A stretch of DNA of 64,000 nt from an uncultured Actinomycetes bacterium (GTDB taxonomy: Bacteria; Actinomycetota; Geothermincolia; Fen-727; JACVIW01), in contig CAKZLU010000017.1 of the NCBI GenBank assembly GCA_937127245.1, positions 3,452 through 67,451 on the forward strand, given 5' to 3'. Numbering within the stretch: position 1 is the stretch's first letter; each line of letters opens with the position of its first letter. Of this stretch, positions 18,938 through 30,428 are shown piece by piece. Below the pieces are notes generated by a model. That model saw only the letters and a list, made by a program, of their open reading frames with translations, was not told where the DNA came from and did not search any database. Made by a program: the position numbers and the translations under genes.

Positions 18938-21610
18938 TCATAACCCGTATCCAAACGAGATGTGCCCCCCTGTGATTCCCTTGTTGTAATTGAAATACAT
19001 CGGCCTTTCGACCACGATGGGCAGATCGGAGTTTACGACCACTCCGGCGTCCATGTTCTCCCCCAGAATGCGGTTGACCGAGAAAGTGCCGCGGGAGAAA
19101 GCCTCAACGCTGGCACTGGCGATTGTCCTGACACCATCGCTTCTTATGAAAGTTATCTCCAACCTCACCCTTTTGCCATTCGGGTTGAACACGCTTAGCC
19201 ACTCCTCGAAACCACCCTTACCCCAGCTCCTTGTTGAGCCTTCAGCGAAGTACGTCCTGCATCCGGCGCAAGGCAAGCCGAGGACCGCGTGACCTCCTGT
19301 CAATCCGTTGCGGTAATTGAAATATACGACCCGCTCCCCGACTATTGGTTCGCCGCTTGAAACCTTGATGGAAACATCGCGGTCGAATCCGATTTCTGCT
19401 GGAACGTGCACTGTCACGCGCCTCATCATGGGCACTATCACGTTTTTCCGAACAAGCTGACCTCCCTGAGAGTAGAAGGAGACGGTCGCGTGGGCATCCC
19501 TTTCGCCGGGATTCTGCAGGCACAGCCACTCATCAGCCCACCTGTAAGTGCATCCCTCCGCGAAGTAGAGTTCGTTTGAAGGATTCCTCGCCCCGAGCGC
19601 GCAACTTCCCCCATCCCAGTCCCTACCGTATTTGAAATAGACGGAGCGTTCGGCGACAACAGGAACGGTGCTTGCAATGCGTATACCGAAATCCTTCTGT
19701 GCCCCGAGAACCTGGTTCAAGTTCATCGTATTCCTCGAGAGCGGGGGTACGGTCAGCCTCTTTCCAACCGGGGCTCCGCTCGCCATCAATAACTCCACTT
19801 TCACTTGAGCGCTTTTCTCGGTGGGGTTCAGAACGCAAAGCCTGGTCTCGAAAGCGGTTCCGTCTCCTGTATGCCTGGTCGTCCCTTCAGCGAAATACCA
19901 CTTGGAGGAAGGTTCAGGCGCGCCAACAACAGCGTGTCCTCCGGTCCATTTGTTGCGATAGTTGAAGTACATGACCCTTTCTGCAACCACGGGCTTGTTA
20001 GCTTCAACAATCGCGGATACATCTTTCTGAAGACCTATGTCGCTTGCCACATCTATCGTGAGCCTCGTGTTTCCCCACATCCTGTACAACTTGCGCATCG
20101 GACTCGAACCCCCGGACACAAGGTAGGTCACTGATAGACTCACGTTCTCCTTGTTCGGATTCAATACTGAAATCCACTCGTAGAATTTCCCGTCGGTTTT
20201 ATTCCTCCGGGTGGTCCCTTCAGCGAAATAGTAAGTTCGGGAAAGACCCGGCATGAAATGGACTTTGTTTGAGCTCCCATAAGAAGTGACAACATACACC
20301 TCTCCCTTGCGGGCGCCTTCCGGGACGCTCAAGACAATCTCTGAAGATGACCAGGTAATAGTATCACCACGCCTTACTCTTATTCCGCAGAACGAGACGT
20401 ACGATTCCGCGCCAGAACCCGCAAGCGCGCTCTCCGTCGGGAAGGAGCCGAGGATTCTTACCCTCGCGCCGATATGGGCGCTTGCAGGCTCTATCCCGTC
20501 GATCCAGGGACCAACCGGGTGTTTCCAAACTTGAAACCCGTAAGGGTTGCCCGTCCCAACAATGTAGTTATTTTTGAAAAGATAGGGTATGAGTATTATG
20601 TTGTTCGGATCGCCAAGACCAGCCTTGCCCCACTGCACGAAACCACCCTGAGCAGATGGTTTGTATAGGACGCCCGTCCCAGATGGACCATTTTTACCAA
20701 AGCCCAGCACTGAAAAGTAAGGCTTATTATTCATAACCACAGGAAGAATAACTGAACTCTCCTTAATGTTAACCCCCGTTTTCACCTTGACCCATGTCCT
20801 TCCGTCATACCTCCACAGCTGAGCACCTGCTGGATTGGCGGTCCCCGCGTATAGGAAATCCTTTGAAGCAGACATGAGAAAACAATCCACGTTTTGTTGC
20901 TCACCGAAGCCAGGCTGAGCGGTCTGTTTCCAAACTCCACTCCCCTCATAGCACAGTGGGATCATCATGCCCGCACCCTCTAATCTTGCGACGAGATGTA
21001 TTTTCCCCTTGTACATAGCGGGGATACAAATCCCGGTGGCGCCCACGCCAAATCCGTCTTCGTTAACTCTCGCAAACTTACTGCCATCGAACGACCACAC
21101 CTTCGCACCGTATTCCCAGTCGCCAACACCGATCAGGAGCCTGTCATTCTGAACCCCGAGCGGATAACATTCACCCCTTGCCGTATCGATTATTCCCTTG
21201 CCTATGTTTTCCCAATTCTTCCCATCCTTTGTGCGCCACAATTGAGCTCCACTGTACCTCGTGGTCGTTCCGCAGTAGAAGTAGCCCTTGTAAACAGGTC
21301 CGGGGAAAAACGCGATGTTGTTCTTGTCCCCGAAGCCATCGGTCGCCGCTTTTTTGAAGCTTATCCCATCGTATTTCCAGATAGGCACCGTTTTGGCGCT
21401 TTCGTCTTCTGAGCCGGGCACCATAAAATAAAGACCGCCATTGAACTCGGTAATCGGGAACATCATGGGGATTTCAGGGTTATCTATACCCTTATCCGCG
21501 ATCTTCTTCCACGGCTCGCTCGCTGGTGCTTCAGCCAGGAATACGCAAGAAAAAGACAGGCTTGAAGCGAGAAAGATAGCATAGAAAATCCAGAAATTTG
21601 ACCGCTTCAT
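18938..21610 (-). CDS. large secreted protein: signal peptide, beta-propeller-like repeats, IPT/TIG domain and 4 C-terminal YFAEGTT...NPN repeats
   Basis: Likely start MKRSNFWIFYAIFLASSLSFS (signal peptide) at 21610. Repeated W..DG.....GFG blocks are followed by a TIG-like segment (VRILGSFPT...VSFCGIRV), then four ~110-aa repeats each beginning (Y/W)YFAEG(T/S)T and containing L.VLNPN. Confidence 0.7.
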   Translation of the reverse strand: MKRSNFWIFYAIFLASSLSFSCVFLAEAPASEPWKKIADKGIDNPEIPMMFPITEFNGGLYFMVPGSEDESAKTVPIWKYDGISFKKAATDGFGDKNNIAFFPGPVYKGYFYCGTTTRYSGAQLWRTKDGKNWENIGKGIIDTARGECYPLGVQNDRLLIGVGDWEYGAKVWSFDGSKFARVNEDGFGVGATGICIPAMYKGKIHLVARLEGAGMMIPLCYEGSGVWKQTAQPGFGEQQNVDCFLMSASKDFLYAGTANPAGAQLWRYDGRTWVKVKTGVNIKESSVILPVVMNNKPYFSVLGFGKNGPSGTGVLYKPSAQGGFVQWGKAGLGDPNNIILIPYLFKNNYIVGTGNPYGFQVWKHPVGPWIDGIEPASAHIGARVRILGSFPTESALAGSGAESYVSFCGIRVRRGDTITWSSSEIVLSVPEGARKGEVYVVTSYGSSNKVHFMPGLSRTYYFAEGTTRRNKTDGKFYEWISVLNPNKENVSLSVTYLVSGGSSPMRKLYRMWGNTRLTIDVASDIGLQKDVSAIVEANKPVVAERVMYFNYRNKWTGGHAVVGAPEPSSKWYFAEGTTRHTGDGTAFETRLCVLNPTEKSAQVKVELLMASGAPVGKRLTVPPLSRNTMNLNQVLGAQKDFGIRIASTVPVVAERSVYFKYGRDWDGGSCALGARNPSNELYFAEGCTYRWADEWLCLQNPGERDAHATVSFYSQGGQLVRKNVIVPMMRRVTVHVPAEIGFDRDVSIKVSSGEPIVGERVVYFNYRNGLTGGHAVLGLPCAGCRTYFAEGSTRSWGKGGFEEWLSVFNPNGKRVRLEITFIRSDGVRTIASASVEAFSRGTFSVNRILGENMDAGVVVNSDLPIVVERPMYFNYNKGITGGHISFGYGL

Positions 21611-22190
21611 ATGACCACTCCGATCTCGCCTCTGAACTTCTGTCTTGCGGCGACACACCTCTGCTTCAAAGCATTTTTGCTCACATAAGATAATTCGGCA
21701 TTTAGACTTCATTTCTTTTCCCGTTAGCGCTATTTACCGATAATCACTTTAAGGCTCCCCTACACGTCTTCCCGTAAGAGAGGTATTCGCGCGTGGAGGT
21801 GAAAACGAATCAGCGGGTGATAATAGGAATCATCCTTTTTCCTTCAAAAGACGAAGACATTTCCCCAATTCTGCCTGTTAATTCATCTATTGGAAATAGT
21901 AAACATTCTTCTTCCTTAAAAAGACGGGGCTCAAAGCATGTGAAGGTGAAGAGATATATCCACCACGCTCACGACGGTCTGGTACGAGGCACTAGGCATG
22001 TTAGGGTGAATATGAATGGGTTCACGGTTATGCCCGTTTTGGACACAAGAAACCGAGTAGGACCTCACAAAACCGCATCAACCTGTTAAATATAAATACT
22101 TACCTTAGTTTCCCCGCCAAAAGAGCGAGTATGACGAAGAAAATCCGCGCCCTGAGCTTCGCGTCATTCCCTAAGCGAAAAACTTCTTAC

Positions 22191-23870
22191 ATATCGGAAC
22201 TCCTTTCGAGCCTCTGCTCAATCTGATAAGGCGTATACTCAGAATTCTGCGATTTAACAAGCGCCGCAGTCATCGGGCACGCCATGGAAGTGCAGAAGAG
22301 AAAGTCATAATCTCGTGGATGGGAAAGATTGTTCAGAATCAAAGTATAGGTGAGCGTCGTGGAGATAATACTCGAACCGGGCGCGGAGACGTCAACGCTT
22401 GCGTTGAAAGCTGAAAAATCGGTTTTCTAATCCCGATTTGTGGTGGCGCCAACCCCTGTCACTTTTTCGCGGCAAGCCAGATAATTCATGACCGAATTAC
22501 AGGTATTTCCCGACGAGGCCAGGACAACAACCGCTCGATTGTGAGCGTAATCGACCGCATACTGGAGCGCATGGGAAAAGGATGATGAGCCGAGAGTCAT
22601 ATTCAAAACATTTGCACCGTTATACGCTGCATGGAAAACAAGCCAAACCAATATCCGCTACGCTGCCCGATCCATTTGAGCCAAGACCTTTAGCGTCATT
22701 ATCCTGGCGCTTGGACAGATACCAGCAATTGTCGTCATGTTATCAGTCTCGGCAGCGATTACGCCCGCGACATGCGTTCCATGTGGGCTCTCATCCAGGG
22801 GGTTAGAGTTAGGATTTGACCTCAACCAAAGGTCTGAATAAGGAACATTTTACCAGGTGGATCTTCATTGTATACAAACTGTTCTCCCCCAGCATACTTG
22901 TCAGCAGCGGCAACCATGCCCACCGTAATGAGGTATTGGTAATAATTGCTTGTGTTCAGATAGTTTATGGAAATTACAAGAAAATAAGTGGTGCCGTTCT
23001 GAAGAGTAACGGAATTTGAAAACTCTTTGTATACTTCAGTCAACGAATACCCCCCTTCGGATGCAGAAATTGAGAATGAGGCAAGGTCTGAACCCGCAAG
23101 ACTGGACCTAACGGAAACAGTAATTTCAGAGGTGGGATTGCTGATCTTTCGAAAACGGAAGCCGGCATGGGTGAGGGCCTGACCCGTGCCGGTTATTGAC
23201 TGCGCGACCATCTGGCTGTTCGCATCAGATCCGCAATTAAAATAACCGACACTTGATGTCAGGAATATGGCAAACCAGTTATATCCAGGAACAATTTTGG
23301 AATCCAATTCCGGATGGCTCGGGTCAATTCCAGTATCTATCACCGCAACCATGGGTTGTCCGGCGCTACCATCTTCAGAGTTCCAAGCTTCCAGCGCATC
23401 AGTATCGGAATCAAATGTCCCGCTGACCCCTTGTATCGTCTGATCCGCATTCCTTAAACCCCATTGATTGGGCAGTTGAGGATCATTCGGAGTGTGAAAA
23501 ATTGTCACTATATAATTTAGTTCTGCGTATTCCATGAAAGGATTGCCCTTGAGAAGCTTCAAGGCTTCGCCCACAGACGTGTCAGTTTTCAGTCAGTAGA
23601 GTTGAACTCTATCACTACCCTTTTGTCCGATATTTCTAAGCACTGAGCGAACGCGAGCAGTGTTCTTCGCTGAATCCTTGTCTTCCTGCGGAGTGTCTTT
23701 TCTGAACTTAATGATATCCTGAACTTGATGATTATTTCTCCCGGGGCATATTCCTCGGCTGATAGGGAGAATTTTGCCGCTTGCACACGGTATTTGACTG
23801 CTCAGGTATTTTGAGAAGCCGCCTCCGCGCTTTCCACCCCAAGCACATTGAAAAATAAGCAAACCATGAG
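22191..23870 (-). pseudogene. S8 subtilase paralog, degraded (in-frame stop plus at least 3 frameshifts; truncated after catalytic Ser)
   Basis: Pieces span several frames: signal-peptide-like MVCLFFNVLGVESAEA...*, propeptide GEIIIKFR, catalytic Asp region VAVIDTGIDPSHPELD, His region HGTHVAGVIAAETDN, and the Ser region TSMACP. Each is homologous to the intact subtilase at 33982-37425. Confidence 0.65.
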
Positions 23871-24125
23871 AGATAAGGCGCTAAGAAGGGAAATAGCCCG
23901 GGCATTGGTCAGGACAATTTCTTGTTTCGAAAAAGTTTCAATTATTTTCCATTCACTAAAAATCTTTGACCCTTATATTTTTTCCTTTTGATTATCGCAT
24001 TGGTTTCTCCCTTATTCTTCATACATAATTAGAAACGAACCTGCGTGGCCTTAGAAACACCCGTTCCCCCTGGTATTTTTCATTTTCGCGCGAACACCCC
24101 TTTTGCCCAGATTGCTCGTGCTAAC

Positions 24126-24515
24126 TCACAGTTTGCACCCGCATCTGCTACAGAAAAGGCTTGCTGGCAAAACCTCCGCTCCGCATCCTGGACAGAATTT
24201 TGCCGTGGGTTTCTGAAAGTCAGGCGCCTTTCCCGGAACCCAGGGCGGGACAAGTCTTTCAGAGGTCTCAGGGATTTTCGCCGTGTAAGAAGGGGGCTTG
24301 AGACCTTCTTCCTCCACTATGGCCTGCGCTTTTGCGCCCTTCTCTCCCCGGTCAACACGGTCTGCGGGATCCTCCAGCCCGCCGGTTCCTCCGGTTTTCT
24401 CTTCTGTTTGAGTAGCGGGAATAAGGGCTTCCTTAGGTTTCTTGAACCTGATAACAGCGAAGGAAAACCCGCCGAGGAATAAAAGCGTGAGGAGCCCCGA
24501 GAGAATCGAAAGCAA
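24126..24515 (-). CDS. small membrane protein with a C-terminal zinc-ribbon (CPGCG...CSRCGC)
   Basis: 129 aa with an N-terminal hydrophobic helix and a C-terminal C-x2-C...C-x2-C motif. Confidence 0.45.
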   Translation of the reverse strand: MLSILSGLLTLLFLGGFSFAVIRFKKPKEALIPATQTEEKTGGTGGLEDPADRVDRGEKGAKAQAIVEEEGLKPPSYTAKIPETSERLVPPWVPGKAPDFQKPTAKFCPGCGAEVLPASLFCSRCGCKL

Positions 24516-24611
24516 ATTTTTATTTTCGGCAAAAAAGCCGTAATCAACGTCGTAAGGAGTCAGCTCATAATTAATAGATTTTCTTTTCTCATTGTAAACA
24601 ACGTCTTTTGT

Positions 24612-25091
24612 TCACGCGGGGAGTATTACCTCCCTTACTTTCATCACCGGCAAAACGAGGTGAAGCGTTAAATCTCCCCTTCCCAAAAATTTTTCAGAGA
24701 ACTCGAGCCTGTTTCCGGATGTCGATTTCGGCTTGACAGGAAAATCTGGTATCTCCCAGTAATCTTTCCGTTTGTACGCGAATCCGGGGCAAGTGTAGCT
24801 GACGAGCACCGCCCGCTCATCCTCATCAAGAACCGCTTTTGGGTTTTTGAACTCCTGAAAACTTTCACAGCCAGTATATTTTCTTGTCAGGTATTCTGGG
24901 TGTCGCGAGCATATTCTCTTAACAGCCCTGAAGAGCGATTCGGACAGGGTGAATTTTCCGGTTATTTTCGCGACACCGAGAATGTCAACAATTATGCTGT
25001 ATTTAAGCAGAACCTGAACATCTTCTTCAGAATCGCTTAGCGCGCCCTCAAGGGAAACAAGCGCCAACAAAAATGCAATTATCATCAACAA
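24612..25091 (-). CDS. hypothetical secreted protein
   Basis: 159 aa with an N-terminal signal-like hydrophobic segment and no recognisable motifs. Confidence 0.4.
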   Translation of the reverse strand: MLMIIAFLLALVSLEGALSDSEEDVQVLLKYSIIVDILGVAKITGKFTLSESLFRAVKRICSRHPEYLTRKYTGCESFQEFKNPKAVLDEDERAVLVSYTCPGFAYKRKDYWEIPDFPVKPKSTSGNRLEFSEKFLGRGDLTLHLVLPVMKVREVILPA

Positions 25092-25156
25092 CGCTCAAAA
25101 AACTACCGCATAATAAGCGCGTGTATGAGTTTTTTTCGTGGGAATTTCAAATGGTA

Positions 25157-26146
25157 TCACCACGGTGGAACAACCCCCCTCCTCCACCAGAGCTCAAGGT
25201 CGATCCAGGTTTGCGGGTAATTCTCATCATCGTTCAACTCGTCTTTTGCATACTCAATAGCCTGTTCGGGACCGAAGATGTCCCCATACTCTACTCCTGT
25301 CGATTCAATTGGCACTATATCGCCGCTCTCCGGAAGCTGTATTGCGGGCAGAGCATGACCGGGTATGAAGATGACGTAAGACTTAACTCCTACTGCCTCC
25401 ATCATGGATGCTACACACAGCAATATCAAGGCACGTACCAGCTTTTCTGTTTATGGTGTCCTTCGGGTATTGGACGTACTGTGCCGCCTCCCCGCCCAGA
25501 AGGCGTAAGGCTCGTGGACGTATCTCACACGGTGGACATACAGTGTGCGATAAACAGCGCAAAGAGCCTCAATCGCCTCCTCATCGCTCGAGGAAGGCGC
25601 AAGTCCCCCTGTGGCAAGCTACGCAAAAGACTTTGTCGTCTCCTCGTTCGGCGTGCAGAACGCCGCGACGAAGGGATAATTCTCGTCCCTGTCTGCCGCT
25701 GTGACCTTGTCCTCCTCGCGAAGTGATGAGAACGTGTAATCGTTTCTTCCGAGAAAGAATATCTTGTGGCGCTCCTCGACGGGCTTGGAAAGACCTCTGT
25801 ACTCGTGTTTTATCACAAATTCCGCCGGGGTTCTCGTTGTTATACCCATCACCTTTTCGCCGGCGAACACCGGGTAATAAAAGTCACGCATGGTCTGCCC
25901 CGGAATTATCTCGGGGTAAGTGTCGTTCGAAGTCCAATCAGTGTAGCCAATCACCCGGTATGAAAGCTTCAAATCATAGACGGGAATCTTCCCCATGTTC
26001 TTGATTACTGTTTTCCCAAGCCAGAAACTCCAGGTATCATCACCGTACACCTTGTACGCGCACGTAAGTATCTTCTCCCGAGATTGCAGCTCAAATTCTA
26101 ACCTGACCTTGGACGGGTCATACGAAGCGCCAGCTCGCGTGAGCAT
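25157..26146 (-). pseudogene. transglutaminase-like cysteine protease-fold protein, frameshifted
   Basis: The active-site Cys segment (KAGTCLDIAV) and the His segment (FIPGHALPAIQ) lie in different frames around 25430-25620. N-terminal part 25619-26146, C-terminal part 25157-25429. Confidence 0.5.
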
Positions 26147-26713
26147 GAAGCTGAAAAACCCGAGAGAGCAGCGACAAAGACTCCCGCATAAAACCGCTGG
26201 GCCGATAAAAAGCTTTTTTTGCCGAGGTTAGCCGACAGCCCCTCCTTTGAGATAAAAAGGGCAAAGCACGCTTCTTTAATAGCGGGGTTTGTACAGTTTG
26301 CCGGAACGCATCGTATAAACCTCTCTGCGTCAGAAATGCCGCAACCAATGAACCAGCTTCAATTCATTTTATAATCTTCGCAAGAATCCCAACAGATAAA
26401 AATAGATTCATAAGCTTTCCTGAAGAAGGTCCAATCCGCTCTTCCTTGGAACCTAAACCCGCCTCCAAAAGCAAGAAAACGGGAAGAGGGCGATAACAAT
26501 CCACATGTTAAGATCGCATCCGAGCGTGGTGCGCTGGAACAGAACTTTAAAACAAACTGATTGGAAGAAACCAAATAAAACTCCCGGTCACAATGTGCCG
26601 TTGAGATAAGTGGAGGCAAGCATAAGCAAAAAATTGCTCCTGATTTGAGAATGAGGAATAAAGCCCCGGGAAAGAACATAACAAATTGCCGAGAAAGAAT
26701 CGCCCAACATTTG

Positions 26714-26742
26714 CTATTGACCCTGTTTTGGGGCTGTGCTAT
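26714..26742 (+). promoter_or_regulatory. sigma70-like promoter candidate upstream of the beta-oxidation genes
   Basis: TTGACC - 17 nt - TATTGT, about 100 nt upstream of the acyl-CoA dehydrogenase start. Confidence 0.3.
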
Positions 26743-26842
26743 TGTGCATTTCACTTCATAGGACGTCTCGGTTCAAATTGGAAAAATACATCTAACGCGT
26801 CCGTAACGTCGAGGGTCAGTGACAATTCTTAAAGGTGAAAAA

Positions 26843-28027
26843 ATGGTATCACGCACTCAATCGGAGGGAATCAACTTCGAACTGACCCCGGAGCAGCAAA
26901 TGGTCCAGAAAACGGCTGCCGATTTTGTCGATAGAGAGATCCTTCCGAAAATCACGGAACTCGACCGAAAGCACATCCTGAGTTTCGACATAATCCGGGG
27001 CATGGCAAAACTGGGGATGCTCGGCGCCCCGATACCCGAGGAGTACGGGGGCTCCGGACTTGATTTCATCGCCACCGCTTTGATTTGCGAGGAGATCGAG
27101 CGAGGAGACGGGGGATTTAGAACTCTGCTTTCGGTACATCTTGGTCTCAATTCACTTACACTTCTAAAATTCGGCACCGAGGACCAAAAGCGGAGATATC
27201 TCATAGACCAGGCGCGCGGCGATAAGATTGCATGTTTCGGGCTTACGGAACCTGGCGCGGGCTCTGACGTGGCGTCAATCGAGTCAACCGCGCGAAGGGT
27301 CGGTGATCGCTATATTCTAAACGGACAAAAGACATGGATTTCTTACGCGAACGTGGCGGACCATTTCCTCGTCTTCGCCAAGACAGACAAGAACGCCAGT
27401 CACAGGGGTATTTCCGCCTTCCTCTTGGACCGCTCAATGGAAGGTATAGAAACAAGGGACATAGAACACAAGCTCGGGGTTTGGGCGGGCTCCACCGGTG
27501 AGATATTCTTGTCAGACGTGGAAGTACCCGTGGAAAATCGCCTGGGGGAAGAAGGCGAGGGATTCAAGATAGCGATGTACGCGCTCGACATGGGGAGGTT
27601 TACGGTCGCGGCAGGGGCGCTTGGGACCATCCGCGCCGCTCTTGATGCGTCAATAAAATATGCCAATCAAAGAATAGCGTTTGGAAAACCCATCGGTCGA
27701 TACCAGTTCATTCAAGAGAAAATAGCCGAAATGGTGAGGGGACTTGAAACATCCCGACTTCTCGTATACAAGGCGGCATGGCTTAAGAACAAGGGAGTTA
27801 AAAATACGCTTGAAACCTCTCTTGCCAAATGGCATGCGACGGAGTGCGCGTTCAACGCGGCTCACGCGGCGGTGCAAATACATGGTGCCTACGGGTATTC
27901 GGCCGAGTATCCGGTCGAAAGAATTTTCCGCAACGCGAGGGCTCCTTTAATCTATGAGGGTACAACCGAAATTCACAAGATGATCCAGGCAGAACACGCC
28001 CTTGGATACCGGAAAGTCAACGGCTAA
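26843..28027 (+). CDS. acyl-CoA dehydrogenase
   Basis: Canonical ACAD N-terminus (FELTPEQQMVQ) with a C-terminal catalytic-base region (YEGTTEIHKMIQ). The frame opens at 26819. Confidence 0.85.
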   Translation: MVSRTQSEGINFELTPEQQMVQKTAADFVDREILPKITELDRKHILSFDIIRGMAKLGMLGAPIPEEYGGSGLDFIATALICEEIERGDGGFRTLLSVHLGLNSLTLLKFGTEDQKRRYLIDQARGDKIACFGLTEPGAGSDVASIESTARRVGDRYILNGQKTWISYANVADHFLVFAKTDKNASHRGISAFLLDRSMEGIETRDIEHKLGVWAGSTGEIFLSDVEVPVENRLGEEGEGFKIAMYALDMGRFTVAAGALGTIRAALDASIKYANQRIAFGKPIGRYQFIQEKIAEMVRGLETSRLLVYKAAWLKNKGVKNTLETSLAKWHATECAFNAAHAAVQIHGAYGYSAEYPVERIFRNARAPLIYEGTTEIHKMIQAEHALGYRKVNG

Positions 28028-28196
28028 ACAATTTGGCGCCTTAAGCTCTTTTTAATCGAGATGAAAACGCCTGGCGAAATGATATCTCTGCGGCAATAAC
28101 TTTAATCGTTCCAGGAACCGACTCGAACGCCTTTGCTCTTTTACAAAGCAATACAGCGAAAGGTATGGTCCGGCTCAGTTTTTAAAGGAGGGTATT

Positions 28197-28982
28197 ATGG
28201 AATTAGAAGACGTCATCTATGAGGTGAAGGACGGGATAGCCACAATCACAATCAACCGCCCCGAGCGCCACAACGCCTTCAGGTCAAAAACCCTCGACGA
28301 GCTAACCCAGGCTTTCGAGGCGGCGGAGGAAGACAGGACCGTCGGTGTGGTCGTTCTAACCGGCGCGGGCGAACGCGCTTTTTGCGCGGGTGGAGACATC
28401 TCGGAGATGGGCGCCCTCGATCCCCATGTTGGAAGAAAATTTCTGGGAAAGTGCCTGAAACTATCCAACACTATGAGGTCTCTTTCCAAACCGATAATCG
28501 CGGCAGTCAACGGCTATTGCCTGGGCGGAGGCAATGAGTTAAACCTCTTATGCGACCTGACCATCGCATCTGAAAACGCCGTCTTCGGTCAGACGGGACC
28601 GTCGGTGGGGAGCGCGCCCATCTGGGGAGGAACTCAGATGCTTCCACGCGTTGTCGGCGAAAAGAAGGCAAGGGAAATGTGCTTCCTTTGCCTGCGATAC
28701 ACGGCAGAGGAAGCGGAGAAAATGGGGCTTTGCAATAAGGTCGTCCCGCAAGAAAAACTGATGGAAACGGCGCTGGAGTGGGCAAACAGAATTCTTGACA
28801 TGAGCCCGCAATCGATAAAACTCACGCGAACCTCAATGAACTTTGAATCAGACCTCCTATACAGTTCATTCACGCATGGACGTGAGATGCTCGCGCTCGC
28901 CTACGGCTCGGAGGAGCTGACCGAGGGGATGAAATCATTCGAAGAGAAGCGCAAACCAGATTTCCGAAAGTTCAGGAAGTAG
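28197..28982 (+). CDS. enoyl-CoA hydratase (crotonase family)
   Basis: TINRPERHNAF, VVVLTGAGERAFCAGGDI, IAAVNGYCLGGG motifs. Confidence 0.85.
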   Translation: MELEDVIYEVKDGIATITINRPERHNAFRSKTLDELTQAFEAAEEDRTVGVVVLTGAGERAFCAGGDISEMGALDPHVGRKFLGKCLKLSNTMRSLSKPIIAAVNGYCLGGGNELNLLCDLTIASENAVFGQTGPSVGSAPIWGGTQMLPRVVGEKKAREMCFLCLRYTAEEAEKMGLCNKVVPQEKLMETALEWANRILDMSPQSIKLTRTSMNFESDLLYSSFTHGREMLALAYGSEELTEGMKSFEEKRKPDFRKFRK

Positions 28983-29021
28983 GAATATGTTAAGCCGAAC
29001 AGGCGGAAGGCTACTGCTGGT

Positions 29022-29894
29022 TTGAACAAGGAGAGCCAGATGGATTTTAAAAAGATTCTCGTGGTCGGAGCCGGAGTGATGGGAAGAGGAATCGCCCAAG
29101 TATTCGCAAGCCGCGGATATGAAGTTTTATTGATGGACATCTCAAAGGAGTTAGCGAAAAAGGGTGTTGAGAACATAGAAAAATCGCTAAACCACGCGGT
29201 GGAAAAGGGGAAGATCGAAGCGAGCATGAAGATGGAAATAATAGGAAAGATCACGCCCACCTCAGACTGGTCACGCGCTGCGGAAGCCGATTTTGTGGTT
29301 GAAGCGGTATTCGAAGACTTGGAAGTGAAAAAGGAGGTCTTTGCAAAGCTTGACGAAACCTGCCGTCCGGAAGTCATCATTGCCACCAATACTTCCTCTC
29401 TACCCATAACCCCAATTGCCTCCGCGACCAGAAGACCGGATAAAGTCATCGGTATGCACTTTTTCAATCCGGCACCGGCAATGAAACTTGTTGAGGTAAT
29501 ACGGGGACAGCTCACAAGTGATGAGACATGCCGGACAGTGGTCGAACTTGCAACCCAGCTCGGCAAGACTCCTGTTGAAGTGAACGATTGGCCTGGCTTT
29601 GCCATGAGCCGCATTTTCTGCGTGATGATCAACGAGGCCATATTTTGCCTATATGAGGGGGTGGGCACTCCCGAGGCAATAGATAATGTAATGAAACTCG
29701 GCGCCGGTCACCCCATGGGACCCCTCGAGGTAGCCGACCTGCTTGGTCTTGATATTGTCCTGCATATAATGGACATTCTCTACAAAGAGTTCGGCGACCC
29801 CAAATACCGAGCCTGTCCGCTTTTAAGAAAAATGGTTGCCGCGGGGCAGTTGGGAAAGAAGAGCGGGAAGGGATTTTATACCTACAAGCAATAA
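29022..29894 (+). CDS. 3-hydroxyacyl-CoA (3-hydroxybutyryl-CoA) dehydrogenase
   Basis: NAD-binding VVGAGVMGRGIAQ with a C-terminal 3HCDH domain (GFAMSRIF, GAGHPMGPLEVADLLGLD). Confidence 0.85.
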   Translation: MNKESQMDFKKILVVGAGVMGRGIAQVFASRGYEVLLMDISKELAKKGVENIEKSLNHAVEKGKIEASMKMEIIGKITPTSDWSRAAEADFVVEAVFEDLEVKKEVFAKLDETCRPEVIIATNTSSLPITPIASATRRPDKVIGMHFFNPAPAMKLVEVIRGQLTSDETCRTVVELATQLGKTPVEVNDWPGFAMSRIFCVMINEAIFCLYEGVGTPEAIDNVMKLGAGHPMGPLEVADLLGLDIVLHIMDILYKEFGDPKYRACPLLRKMVAAGQLGKKSGKGFYTYKQ

Positions 29895-30428
29895 CTAATT
29901 TTCATAAAGGATAAAGTAGGAAAGTTGGAAAAGAAAAGCGTGAAGGGATTCTATTCCTACCGTTAAGCTTCCAAATAAGGCTGGAAAGACAAGGGCCCGT
30001 CAAGGAACAGCACTTTCCGGGCAGTGCCGCTCATGGTCGCAAGAAATCGTGGTACTGAAAAAAGGATTGGCCTATCCCTAAAATGCTTAGGGAGATCCAA
30101 AGACTATTCTTTCGTGAGCTCCAGTCGGTAACCTCGAAGGAAATAAACCGGACGGGAAGACTTTATCTGAAAAGTTCGCACTTTCATAAGGAAAAACACG
30201 TTTGCGCTTGGCATTCTTCTTTCAGATGAGGCGCGAAGACTCAATCCGAATACCGTGTCCACCTGTTTAAATGAGCGAGATTGAGAAACGCTTTTTCTTG
30301 TACCAATAACGTTTCAAGTTCTCCTCTTTCTTCCTCTCAAATCTTTAAGTAAGTCTCTAAGCGAAACCAACACTGTCTGTGGACAAGCATTACCTATAAA
30401 ATAAAGAAAAAACTCCGGGGTCTTAAAA

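Noticed and set aside
28901-29668. 255-aa ORF on the minus strand
   Set aside because: It is antisense to the enoyl-CoA hydratase and 3-hydroxyacyl-CoA dehydrogenase genes. Ser/Thr-rich low-complexity translation.
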